The position numbers were made by a program, and so were the translations under genes. Below are positions 1-13,500 of a DNA stretch of 64,000 nucleotides, one piece after another. Positions within the stretch are counted from its first letter, which is position 1. Each line of letters begins with the position of its first letter. The notes under the pieces were generated by a model. The model did no database searches. It had not been told where the DNA came from and was given only the letters and a program-made list of their open reading frames with translations. Source of the stretch: Haplodiscus bocki (taxonomy: Eukaryota); assembly GCA_965655095.1 (NCBI GenBank), contig OZ296649.1, forward strand, positions 108,066,001 through 108,130,000, given 5' to 3'.

Positions 1-3000
1 TTACAGAGAAGCACGTTCATCAAACGAGATGAGACGAATCTTTTAGCGGTTTTTGCAACTTCGCTTTGGACTAGCGGCATATTGCTGTATTATTTTGGGA
101 AGGAAAAGGACGAACCAAAGACTTTCACCTCCGCAGAATGTCATTCACTGAGACATTGATGGGAAATTTCAAAGCTGTGTTTACGAAGGAAGAATACTTT
201 GAATATGGAAACAAATCAATATATTTAGCGGTTTTAGAAAATGACTCACCATCAAGAAGCTATCTCCAAAACTGAAATGAGAAAACAAAGCAGCCGATTA
301 CTCCTGCAAAATTGTAAACCGTGAATTTGGGACCATGCTATATTAAATCAAAATTGTAGTGGTGGGAAACAATATGTTCGAAAATCAAGAGAATTAGTAT
401 TCACAATCTGCTTTGCGTTCCGGAACCTTTCGGAATTGGATGCGAGGAACAAGATAAAGAAAAGTTCAATGGAATCTTATTCTCAGTGTATAATTTTCCA
501 TCGGGACCTTTTTGAGACAACTCAAACTTGTAGGTAGGGAGAGACACGTTCAAAAGTCGAGATAAATAAAATTTCATTGGAACGTTTGAAAATTTGTCCT
601 ACTGGGAGTTTGCTTCAAGAGATTTCGAGAAAATTTCCAACCGAAGACTTCGATATGCGTTGAAGGTTGTCGATTGAGACCTTTATAGAAGAACTGAAAC
701 CTGCTTAACGAAATAAAACTTTTTTCGAAATGGAAACGGATCTGTATTAGTACTGTTTTTTGGAATTATCTCACTATCAGGATTCTGCCTCAAAAAAGGA
801 AGTGCGGAAAAAATCGATTTGAATACTGCTGCAGAAAAGTAAAAAATGCATACTAGATTGCGCTGTTTAAGAATGATATATTAGAGATAGAGAAAAATGA
901 GATCGAACACCCAGATGAGTTATTATTCACAGTCTCCTCTGACTTCTGGAACTTTTAGGAATTTGATGCAAGGATAAAAATGAATAAATTTTATGTCCAA
1001 CCTTACAATATGCAGGTAGTTTTTTCAATTGGGTGAATGGCGAAACAAACAAACAATGTTATTACAGAGAACACGTTCGATAATCAACATAAATCAAAAG
1101 TTTTTCGCAATTTCGGATTAGAGCGACCGTGCTGGATTATGTTCAAAAAATGTTTTTTCAAAAAACGTTTTGGACGAGTTAACTTTTATTGACTGAGAAC
1201 ATGATGAAAAAAAATGCAGCCGCTTTCCTTTTTTACGAAGAAGAAAGAGTTTGAACATGCAGACAAAACTTCAGATACTGTTTTCAGGAAAACTCTCATT
1301 ATCAGTTATCCGTCCAAAGAACCGTTAACAGAAAAATCTCAATGAGTTTTGCTGCAGAATTTCAAATTTTTCGACCCAGACAAACCAAGCTGAAAACAAG
1401 CCTGCAGTTATGGGGAAATTTGAATTCGAACAACGATATAAGTCAAAACGCGCAATCTTCTTTGACGTCTGGATCGTTTCGGATTTTAAGGAAAGGGACA
1501 ACATAATTGACAGACCAATCGGATCCTACACTTAGTGCAAATGTTTTGATGAGGACCGTGATGAAACCAAGCAACCCGGTCTTTACAGAGAAGCACGTTC
1601 AATAAACGAGATGAGACAAATCCATTGGCGGTTTTTGCAATTTCGGACTACCGGCATTTTGGTGTATTATATTAGGAATTAATAAAAAAGAGGACGAATC
1701 AAAAACTTTAATCTCTGCAGAATGTCACTGACTGAGACATTGCTGGAAAAATCCAAAGCTGTGTTTACGAGGGAAGAAAATTTTGAAAATCGAAAGAAAT
1801 CAATGTATTTAGCGATTTTAGAAAAGGACTCACCATCAAGAATCTATCTCAAAAACTCAAATGAGAAAACAATGCAATTGATTACTCCTGCAAAATTGTA
1901 AACCGTGAAACTGAGACCTTGTTGTATTAATTCAAAGTTGTAGTGGTGGGAAGCAATATGTTCGATAATCAGGAAAAGTCAGTTTTTACAGTCTACTTTG
2001 CGTTCTGGAAGCTTTCTTATCTGGATGCGAGGAACAGGAATGAAGAAATTTCAATGGAATCCTATTCTTGGTGTAAATTTTTCCATTTGGACCTTTTTGA
2101 GACAACTCAACCCTGTAGGTAGGGAAAGACACGTCCGATAGTCAAGATAAAGGAACTTCCATGGCAACATTTGAAAGTTCGTCCTACGAGAAGTTGGCTG
2201 CAAGAAATTTTCAGACAACTTTCAACCGAAGTCCTTTATATGCAATGAAGGTTGTCGATTGAGACCTTGATGGAAAAAATCAAAACTGTCTGCACAAAAA
2301 AAGACTGTAAAAATGGAAACGGTTCTATGTCGATAGCGCGTTTTGGAAAATTCTCCTTATCAAGATTCTGTCTCAAAAATTGAAATGAATAAAAAATCCA
2401 ATTGAATACTACTGCAAATAGTAAAAATTACAAATGAGAACATATTGTTTCAAAATCAGTTTCTGGTTGTGGAAAAAAAAGAAATCGAATATCAAGATAA
2501 GTCAGCATTTACAGTCTCCTTTAGCTTCCAATTTTTTTGGTTTTCGTTGCGGGTAAACAAAATAAACTTTCAAGTTCAATCCTAACTTTATTCAGTAACT
2601 TTTTTCGATCGCACCTTCGTGAAACAAACCAACCAAGTAGTTACGGAGAAACACCTTCAATGGTGGACATGAAGCAAAATGAATAGCAATTTCTGCGGTT
2701 TTGGTCTACTGCGACCATGCAGGAAGGCTTTCAATAAAAGTTTTTGAACAAAATTTCTTGCACGAGTCAAAAGTTTTTGATTGAAACATTGATGAAGGAA
2801 ATCATTCCGTTAGTTACGAAGAAAAAAGAGTTTGAAGGTGGAGACCAACGTATCCAAACAGTGCATTTTGGAAATGTTTCTTTCTCAGAACTCTGTAGAA
2901 ACACCGCCAACGGAAATTGTCTAAAATATTTTTCCGGCCAAATTTCATTTTCATGAAACAGGACCAAGTTTGCCGAAAACAGCCCTGTAGCAATGGGGAA

Positions 3001-4730
3001 ATATGAGGACGAACACCGATATAAGTCAAATTTCACAACCTTCTTTGAAATGTGGAACTTTTCGGATTTTGATTCAAGGGAGAATACAATTGAAACATCA
3101 ATTGGATCCCACTCCTAGTGTAAATGCTTCGGTTCGGACCTCAATTAAACAAATCAACCCGGTGGTTACAGAGAAGCACGTCCAATAATCGAAAAAACAC
3201 GCATCTTTCAGAGGTTTTCGCAATTTCGGACTACCGGGACCATGCTGTATGACATTTAGAAAAAAAAAGACGAATCAGAGAATTTTACCTCCACGGAAAA
3301 TCGTCGACTGAGACCCTGAGGGAAGAATTCAAAGCTGTTTTTGCGAAGGAAGAAGAAGCTGAATATGGCAACAAATCAATTTATTTAGCGGTTCTAGAAA
3401 ATGACTCACCATCAAGAATCCATCTCAAAAACTGAAATGAGAAAACAATGCAATTGATTACTCCTGCAAATGTGTAAACCGTGAAATTGAGACCATGCTG
3501 TATTAAATCAAATTTGTATTGATGGGAAACAATATGTTTGAAAATCAAGAGAAGTCATTATTCACAATCTGCTTTGCGTTCTGGAACCTTTCGGAGTTGG
3601 ATGCCAGGAACAAGATAAAGAAAATTTCAATGGAATCGTTTTCTCAGTGTAACTTTTTCCACTGGAACTTTTTTGAAACAACTCATCCCTGTAGTTAGAG
3701 AGAAACACGTTCAATAGTCGATTTGTAGGAAATTCCTCAACAACGTTTGAAAAATCGTCTACAGGAAGCTTGCTGCAAGAAATTTTGAGATAATTCACAA
3801 CCGATGTTTTTCGTCTGCGTTGAAGGTTGTCGATTGAGACCGTGATAGAAGAAGTCAAACTTGTCTTTACGACGTCGGAAGGGTTTGAAGATTGAAAAGA
3901 AACCAAGGTTACTAGCGTTTTTTGGAATTAACTCATTATCATAAATTGGTTTTACAATTGAGATTGAAAAACAATGCAATTGATTACCTTTGCAAAAGTG
4001 TAAGAAAACGCAAAAGGGATCATGCTGTTTGAATTCAAGTTTGTGGTGGTAGAAGAAAACGAGACCGAACACTAAGTAAGGGCAGATTTCACAGTCTACT
4101 TTACCTCCTGGAACTTTTCGGAATCGGATGCAAGGAACAAAGTGAAGAACTTTTTGTCCCGTCCTACTCTATTAATGTAAATTTTTTCGGTTGGGATTTT
4201 AACGAAACAAACCAACCAGTTAGATACAGGAAAACCCGTTCGATATTCAAGAAAAACCAAAAAGTATGGCAATTTATCCAATTCCAGATTACCGAGACTT
4301 TGCTGGAATGTACTCAAGAACCTTTGGAAAAAGTTTAGAACGGAATAATTATTATTGATTGGGAACTTGATGGAAGATTTGCGGCTTTTTTCCTTTTTTT
4401 TAAGAAGAAGAAAGACTTTGAACATGCTGACAAATCTTTTTTGATAGTGTTTCCGGGAAAACTTCTCATTTTCAGTTATCTGTCTAAAGAACCCCTGACG
4501 GAAAAACTCTCAATGAGTCTTACTAAGAAAAATCAAAGTTTTTGACCGAGACCAACCTGGCTGAAAACAAGCCTGTAGTTATGGGGAAGTATGAGGTCGA
4601 ACAATGATATAAGTCAAACTTCGCAATCTCCTTTGACATCTGGAACTTTGATGCAAGTGGAAAAATATTTGAAACACCAATCGGATCCCTCTCTTAGTGT
4701 ATTTGGTTCGATTTGCACAAGCTGAAAGTT
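1..4730 (+). repeat. Diverged 3-monomer HOR domain (~1.58 kb period) with traces of a ~3.16 kb 6-mer period
   Basis: TTACAGAGAAGCACGT recurs at 1, ~1583 and ~3166. The monomers at ~1190 and ~4357 share diagnostic sequence (GAACATGC(A/T)GACAAA, CAGTTATC, AAAGAACC) at an offset of ~3167. Confidence 0.75.
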
Positions 4731-7700
4731 TTTGATTAAGACTTTGATGGAAAAAGTGCTGCCAGTAGTTACAAAGAAGAAAGAAGGGGAAGATGGAGAC
4801 AAATTTTTTCTAAGAGTGCATTTTCGAAAAGTTTCATTATCAGAACTCTGTCTAAAAAACCACTAACAGAAAAAGTCTGACAGATTATTCCTGCAAAATT
4901 TCAATTTTATTGACCGAGGCCAATTTGCCTGAAAACAAGCCTGTAGTTATGGGAAAGTATGAGGTCAAACAAAGATCTAAGTAAATTTCACAACCTTTTT
5001 TGACATCTGGAAATTTTCGGAATTTGATGCAAGTGAAAAACTAAATCAAACATCAATCGGATCCTTCTCTTAGTGTAAGCGTTTCGATTAGGACCGTGAT
5101 GAAACAAATCAACTCGGTGATTACAGAGAAGCATGTTCAATAAACGAGATAAAACTAATCTTTTAGCGGTGTTTGCGTTTTCGCACCACCGGCACATTGC
5201 TGTATTTTATTTAGAAAAAAAGGACGAATCAAAGACTTGATTCTCTTCTGAATGTCATTGACTGAGACATTGATGGATAAATTCAAAGGTGTGTTTACGA
5301 ACAAAGAGTAATTTGAAGATGGAAACAAATCAATGTGTTTACCGGTTTTAGAAAAGGACTCACCATCGGGAATCTATCTCAAAAACTGAAATGACAAAGC
5401 AATGCAAATGATTACTCCTGCAAAAGTGTAAACCGTGAAATTGAGACCATGCTGTATTAAATCAAACTTGTAGTGGTGGGAAACAATATGTTCGAAAATC
5501 AAGAGAAGTCATTTTTCACAATCTGCTTTGCGTTCTGGAACGTTTCGGATTTGGATGCGAGGAACAAGATAAAGAAAATTTCAATGGAATTTTTTTCTCA
5601 GTGTAATTTTTTCCATCGGGACTTTTTTGAGACAACTGAAACCTGTAGGTAGGGATAGACACGTTCAATAGTCGAGATAAAGGAATTTCCATAGCAACGT
5701 TTGAAAGTTCCTCTTACCGGTAGTTTGCTGCATTAAATTCTCAGACAACTTTCAACCTAAGTCTTTTGTTTGCAAAGAAGGTAGTCAATTGAGACCTTGA
5801 TGGAAAAAGTCAACTCTCTCTTCACGAAAAAGAAAGAGTGTAAAAAAAGGAAACGAATCTATGTTAGTAGCGCGTTTTGGAAAATTTTTACTATCAGTGT
5901 TCTGTCTCAAAAATTGAATTATTGAATTGAAGAAAAAATCCAATTGAATACTACTGCAAAAAGTAAAAACTGCAAATGAGACCATTTTGTTTGATATTCA
6001 GGTTCTGGTGGTAGAAAAAAAAAGAAATCGATCATCAGGATAAGTCAGCATTTACAGTCTCCTTTAGCTTCCAATTTTTTTTGGGTTATCGATGCGGGAG
6101 AACAAAATGAAAAAATTTCAAGTCCATTCCTAACTTTATTCAGTAACTTTTTTCGATCGCACCTTGATGAAACAAACCAACCAAGTAGTTACGGAGAAAT
6201 ACCTTCAATGGTGGACATGAAACAAAATGAATAGCAATTTCTGCATTTTCGGCCTACCGTGACCTGCTGGAAGGCGTTCAGGAAAAGTTTTTGAACAAAA
6301 AGTTTTGCACAAGTTGAAGGCTTTTGATTGAGACTTTGATGGAATAGGTGCTGTCGGTAGTTACAGAGAAAAAAGAGTGGGAAGATAAAGACAAATTTTT
6401 CCTAATATTGCTTTTTCGAAATGTTTCGTTATCAGAACTCTGTTAAAATAACCGCTAACGGAAAATGTCTAAGAGATTCTTCCTGCAAAATTTCAATTTT
6501 ATTGACCGAGACCAACCTGCCTGAAAACAAGCCTGTAATTATGGGAAAATAAGAGGTCGAACAAAGATATAGGTAAAATTTCACAACCTTCTTTGACATC
6601 TGGAAATTTTCGGACTTTGATGCAAGTGAAAAACTAAATGAAACATCAATCGGATCCTTCTCTTAGTGTAAGCGTTTCGATTAGGACCGTGATGAAACAA
6701 ATCAGCTCGGTGGTTACAGAGAAGCATGTTCAATAAACGAGATAAATTTAATCTTTTAGCGGTGTTTGCGTTTTCGCACCACCGGCACCTTGCTGTATTT
6801 TATTTAGAAAAAAGAGGACGAATCAAAGACTTGATTCTCTTCAGAATGTCATTGACTGAGACATTGATGGAAAAATTCAAAGGTGTGTTTACGAAGGAAG
6901 AATAATTTGAAGATGGAAACAAATCAATGTATTTAGCGGTTTTAGAAAAGGACTCACCATCAGGAATCTATCTCAAAAACTGAAATGACAAAACAATGCA
7001 AATGATTACTCCTGCAAAAGTGTAAACCGTGAAATTGAGACCATGCTGTATTAAATCAAACTTGTAGTGGTGGGAAACAATATGTTCGAAAATCAAGAGA
7101 AGTCATTTTTCACAATCTGCTTTGCGTTCTGGAACGTTTCGGATTTGGATGCGAGGAACAAGATAAAGAAAATTTCAATGGAATTTTTTTCTCAGTGTAA
7201 TTTTTTCCATCGGGACTTTTTTGAGACAACTCAAACTTGTAGGTGGGGATAGACACGTTCAATAGTCGAGATAAAGGAATTTCCATAGCAACGTTTGAAA
7301 GTTCCTCTTACCGGGAGTTTGCTGCATTAAATTCTCAGACAACTTTCAACCTAAATCTTTTGTTTGCAAAGAAGGTAGTCGATTGAGACTTTGATGGAAA
7401 AAGTCAACTCTCTCTTCACGAAAAAGAAAGAGTGTAAAAAAAGGAAACGAATCTATGTTAGTAGCGCGTTTTGGAAATTTTTTACTATCAGTGTTCTGTC
7501 TCAAAAATTGAATTATTGAATTGAAGAAAAAATCCAATTGGATACTACTGCAAAAAGTAAAAACTGCAAATGAGACCATATTGTTTGATATTCAGGTTCT
7601 GGTGGTAGAAAAAAAAGAAATCGATCATCAGGATAAGTCAGCATTTACAGTCTCCTTTAGCTTCCAATTTTTTTTGGGTTTTCGATGCGGGAGAACAAAA

Positions 7701-10535
7701 TGAAAAAATTTCAAGTCCATTCCTAACTTTATTCAGTAACTTTTTTCGATCGCACCTTGATGAAACAAACCAACCAAGTAGTTACGGAGAAATACCTTCA
7801 ATGGTGGACATGAAACAAAATGAATAGCAATTTCTGCATTTTCGGCCTACCGTGACCTGCTGGAAGGCGTTCAGGAAAAGTTTTTGAACAAAAAGTTTTG
7901 CACAAGTTGAAGGCTTTTGATTGAGACTTTGATGGAATAGGTGCTGTCGGTAGTTACAGAGAAGAAAGAGTGGGAAGATAAAGACAAATTTTTCCTAATA
8001 TTGCTTTTTCGAAATGTTTCGTTATCAGAACTCTGTTAAAATAACCGCTAACGGAAAATGTCTAAGAGATTCTTCCTGCAAAATTTCAATTTTATTGACC
8101 GAGACCAACCTGCCTGAAAACAAGCCTGTAATTATGGGAAAATAAGAGGTCGAACAAAGATATAGGTAAAATTTCACAACCTTCTTTGACATCTGGAAAT
8201 TTTCGGACTTTGATGCAAGTGAAAAACTAAATGAAACATCAATCGGATCCTTCTCTTAGTGTAAGCGTTTCGATTAGGACCGTGATGAAACAAATCAGCT
8301 CGGTGGTTACAGAGAAGCATGTTCAATAAACGAGATAAAACTAATATTTTAGCGGTGTTTGCGTTTTCGCACCACCGGCACCTTGCTGTATTTTATTTAG
8401 AAAAAAGAGGACGAGTCAAAGACTTGATTCTCTTCAGAATGTCATTGACTGAGACCTTGATGGAAAAATTCAAAGGTGTGTTTACGAAGGAAGAATAATT
8501 TGAAGATGGAAACAAATCAATGTATTCAGCGGTTTTAGAAAAGGACTCACCATCAGGAATCTATCTCAAAAACTGAAATGACAAAACAATGCGAATGATT
8601 ACTCCTGCAAAAGTGTAAACCGTGAAATTGAGACCATGCTGTATTAAATCAAACTTGTAGTGGTGGGAAACAATATGTTCGAAAATCAAGAGAAGTCATT
8701 TTTCACAATCTGCTTTGCGTTCTGGAACGTTTCGGATTTGGATGCGAGGAACAAGATAAAGAAAATTTCAATGGAATTTTTTTCTCAGTGTAAATTTTTC
8801 CATCGGGACTTTTTTGAGACAACTCAAACCTGTAGGTAGGGATAGACACGTTCAATAGTCGAGATAAAGGAATTTCCATAGCAACGTTTGAAAGTTCCTC
8901 TTACCGGGAATTTGCTGCAATAAATTCTCAGACAACTTTCAACCTAAATCTTTTGTTTGCAAAGAAGGTAGTCGATTGAGACTTTGATGGAAAAAGTCAA
9001 CTCTCTCTTCACGAAAAAGAAAGAGTGTAAAAAAAGGAAACGAATCTATGTTAGTAGCGCGTTTTGGAAATTTTTTACTATCAGTGTTCTGTCTCAAAAA
9101 TTGAATTATTGAATTGAAGAAAAAATCCAATTGGATACTACTGCAAAAAGTAAAAACTGCAAATGAGACCATATTGTTTGATATTCAGGTTCTGGTGGTA
9201 GAAAAAAAAGAAATCGATCATCAGGATAAGTCAGCATTTACAGTCTCCTTTAGCTTCCAATTTTTTTTGGGTTATCGATGCGGGAGAACAAAATGAAAAA
9301 ATTTCAAGTCCATTCCTAACTTTATTCAGTAACTTTTTTCGATCGCACCTTGATGAAACAAACCAACCAAGTAGTTACGGAGAAATACCTTCAATGGTGG
9401 ACATGAAACAAAATGAATAGCAATTTCTGCATTTTCGTCCTACCGTGACTCTGCTGGAAGGCGTTCAGGAAAAGTTTTTGAACAAAAAGTTTTGCACAAG
9501 TTGAAGGCTTTTGATTGAGACTTTGATGGAATAGGTGCTGTCGGTAGTTACAGAGAAGAAAGAGTGGGAAGATAAAGACAAATTTTTCCTAATATTGCTT
9601 TTTCGAAATGTTTCGTTATCAGAACTCTGTTAAAATAACCGCTAACGGAAAATGTCTGAGAGATTCTTCCTGCAAAATTTCAATTTTATTGACCGAGACC
9701 AATTTGCCTGAAAACAAGCCTGTAATTAAGGGAAAATAAGAGGTCGAACAAAGATATAGGTCAAATTTCACAACCTTCTTTGACATCTCGAACTTTTCGC
9801 ACTTTGACGCAAGTGAAAAACTAAATGAAACATCAATCGGATCCTTCTCTTAGTGTAAGCGTTTCGATTAGGACCGTGATGAAACAAATCAACCCGGTGG
9901 TTACAGAGAAGCATGCTCGATAAACGAGATGAAACTAATCTTTTAGCGGTGTTTGCGTTTTCGCACCACCGGCGCGTTGCTGTATTTTAATTAGAAAAAC
10001 GAGGACAAATCAAAGACTTGATCCTCTTCAGAATGTCATTGACTGAGACATTGATGGAAAAATTCAAAGCTGGGTTTACGAAGGAAGAATAATTTGAAGA
10101 TGGAAACAAATCAATGTTTTTAGTGGTTTTAGAAAAGGACTCACCATCAGGAATCTATCTCAAAAACTGAAATGAGAAAACAATGCAATTGATTACTCCT
10201 GCAAATGTGTAAACCGTGAAATTGAGACCATGCTGTATTAAAACAAAATTGTGACGGTGGGAAACAATGTGTTCGAAAATCAAGAGAAGTCAGTATTCAC
10301 AATCGGCTTTGCGTTCCGGAACCTTTCGGAGTTGGATGCGAGGAACAAGATAAAGAAAGTTTCAATGGAATTTTTTTCTCGGTGTAAATTTTTCCATCGG
10401 GACTTTTTTGAGACAACTCAAACCTGTAGGTAAGGATAGACACGTTCAATAGTCGAGACGAAAGATTTTCCATAGCAACTTTCGAAAGATCCTCTTACCG
10501 GGAATTTGCTGCAATAAATTTTCAGACAACTTTCT
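4730..10535 (+). repeat. Homogeneous 3-monomer HOR, 1593-1594 bp period, about 3.6 copies
   Basis: Near-identical ORF translations recur with ends at 5985, 7579 and 9172, and starts at 7521 and 9114. The copies share a diagnostic duplication, AAATTGAATTATTGAATTGAAG. Confidence 0.93.
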
Positions 10536-13500
10536 GAGAAAAAAAAGTGTGAAGATGGAGACAAATTTTTCCTAATCGTGCATTTTGGAAATGTTTCATT
10601 ATCAGAACTCTGTCTAAGAAACCGCTAACAGAAAATGTCTAAAAGATTTTTCTTGCAAAATTTCAGTTTTCTTCGACTGAGTCTAAGCTGGTTAAAAACA
10701 GGCCTGTACTTTTAGGGAAATTTGACTTCGATCACCGTCATAACTCAAACCCCACAACCTTCTTTGATATCTGGAACTTTTTGGAGTTTGATGTAATGGA
10801 CAAAGTAATTGAAACATCAATCGGATGCTACACTTAGTGTAAATGTTTCGATTAGGACCGTGATTAAGCAAATCAGCCAGTTGGGTTCAGAGAAGCACGC
10901 TCAAAAACTGCGATAAGACGATACTTTTAACAAGTTTTGCAATTTTGGACTACCGGTACCTTGCTGTATTTTATTTAGAGAAAAATGACGAATCAAAGAC
11001 TGTTACCTCCGCAGAAGGTCATCGGCTGAGACCTTGATGGAAGAATTCAGAGCTGTTTTTACGAAGGAAGAAGAATATGAATATGGAAACAAATCAATGC
11101 TTTTAGCGGCTTTGGAAAATGACTCACTACCAACAACCTATCTCAAACACTGGAATGAGAAAACAATGCAACTGATTACTCCTGCAAAAGTTTAAAGTTT
11201 GAAAATGAAACCATGCTGTATTAAATCAAAAATGTGGTGGTGGGAAAAAATATGTTCAAAAATCGAGAGAAGTCAGTATTCACAGTCTGATTTGCGTTCT
11301 GGAAACTTTGGAACTTTGATGCGAAGATCAAGACAAATGAAATTTCATCGAATCATATTCTTAGTGTAAATTTTTCCTTTCGTACCTTTTTGTGACAACT
11401 CAACCTTGTAGGTAGGGAGAAACACGTTCAACAGTCGAGATGAAGGAAATTCCATAGCAACGTTTGAGAATTCGTCCTAGCGGGTGTTTACTGCAAGAAA
11501 TTTTGAGAAATTTTTCAACTGAAGTATTTTACATGCGTTGTGCGTTGAAGTTTGTGGATTGAGACCTTTCATGGAAAAAGTCAAACCTGTGTCTACGAAA
11601 TAAAGTGAGTTTAAAAATGTAAACGATTGTATGTTAAAAGCGTTCATTGGTTTTAACTCACTGTCAGGAAACAGTTTAGAAAGCGGAATGAAAAAAAACA
11701 ATCCATTCGATTACTCCTGCAAAAATGTAAAGTCGCTAGTTGTAGAAAGAAATAAGATCGAGATTGAAGATAAGTCAATATTCACAGTCTCTCTTGACTA
11801 CTGGAATTTCTTGGATTCTGAAGAAATGAACAAATCAATTGAAATTTCAATCGGGTCTTTTTCCTGGTACACTTTTTTTGATTAGGTCCAAGATGAAACA
11901 AATCAACCCGGTCTTTGCACAGAAGTACGTTCAATAACCCAGTTAAAGCAAAACATTGTTTTAGTTTTTCCAGCTTCGGAATTCCGCGACCTTCCTGCCA
12001 GATAAGTAGAAAAAAAGTCCTATCAAAATCTTTTGTACGCCTTAAAGATTGTTGGTTGAGACCGTGATGGAAGAAGTCAAACCTGTCTTCACGATGTCAA
12101 AAAAGTTGGAATATAAAAATTAATCAAGATAACTAGCGCTTCTTGGAATTAACTCACTATCATGAATCAGTTTTAAAATCGAAATTGAAAAACAACCCTA
12201 TTGATTACTCCTGCAAAGTGTGAATTATGCAAAAGAGACCATGCTGTTTGAAATCAATTTTGTGGTTGTAGAAACAAACCAGATCGAACCCTAAGCTGAG
12301 GTAGTTTTCACAGTCTCCTTTGCCTCCTGGAAGCTTTTGGAATTGGATGCAATGAACAATGTGAAGAACCTCCATGTCCCGTTCTACATTTTGATGTAAT
12401 TTTTTTCGTTTGGGAAATTCATGAAATAAACCAACCAAATATTTACAGGGAAACACGTTCCGTAATCAACAGAAAGCGAAATTTATGGCAATTTTTGCAA
12501 TTCCGAATACCGGGACGTTACTGGACGATGTTCAAGAAAAGTCTTCAATCAAAACGTTTTGTACGATATAGAAGAGATTTCTTGAGATTTTGATGGAAAG
12601 TTCCAGCCTGTTTTTTTACGAAGAAACAAAATTATGATTTTGGAGACACATCTATCCTAGTAGTGCATTTGAAAGTTTCTCAAAAACAGTATTCTCTCTA
12701 AGGAATCGAAACCCGAAAAAAATTCGAATGAACCTTTCTGCAAAAATTAAAACAAGCTGGCTGAAAACAAGCCTGTAGTTATGGGGAATAAGGAGGTCGA
12801 GCACCAGTACATGTCAAACTTCGCAGTCTTGTTTGACTTCTGGAATTTTTCGGATTTTGAAGCATCGAACAAAATATTGAAAGTTCTAGTCGAATCCGAC
12901 TTTTAGTGTAGAAATGTAGATTGGGACCTTGATGAAACAAACCAATCCGTTTAGTACGGAAAGCACGTTCGATCTTTGAGATAAATCAAAATTCATACCT
13001 TTTTTCGCAATTTTGGGCTATCTGGACTTTGATGGAATGTATTTCTTCATTTTTTTTCGAAACAATCCAAAACAATTTGAAAATTGTTGGTTCAGAATCT
13101 CACAGAAAAATTCAAGACTGTATCTACGAATTGAGAACAGTTTGAACAAGGAGAAGAATCAATGTTTATACCGTTTTCTGGAACTTTATCGCTGTAAGGA
13201 TTCTGTTTCAAAATCGAGTGAAAAATTAACGCAAGTGAGACTCCGGCAAAACTGCCTTTTTTGCAAAGGAGACCACACTGTTTTAAATCAAGTTTGTAGC
13301 GATAGAAAAAACGGGATCGAACATCAGGATAAGTCCGTATTCACAGTATCCTTTGACTTCTGGATTTTTTCGGTTTATGATGCAAAGAGCCCTGAACAAC
13401 TTTTGTGGCCAATCCTGCTCTTTTCATGTAAAATTTTTTTCTGGGAAGTTGAGGAAACGAACCAACCAGATTGTTACGGAAAAAACGTACGACAGTTGAC

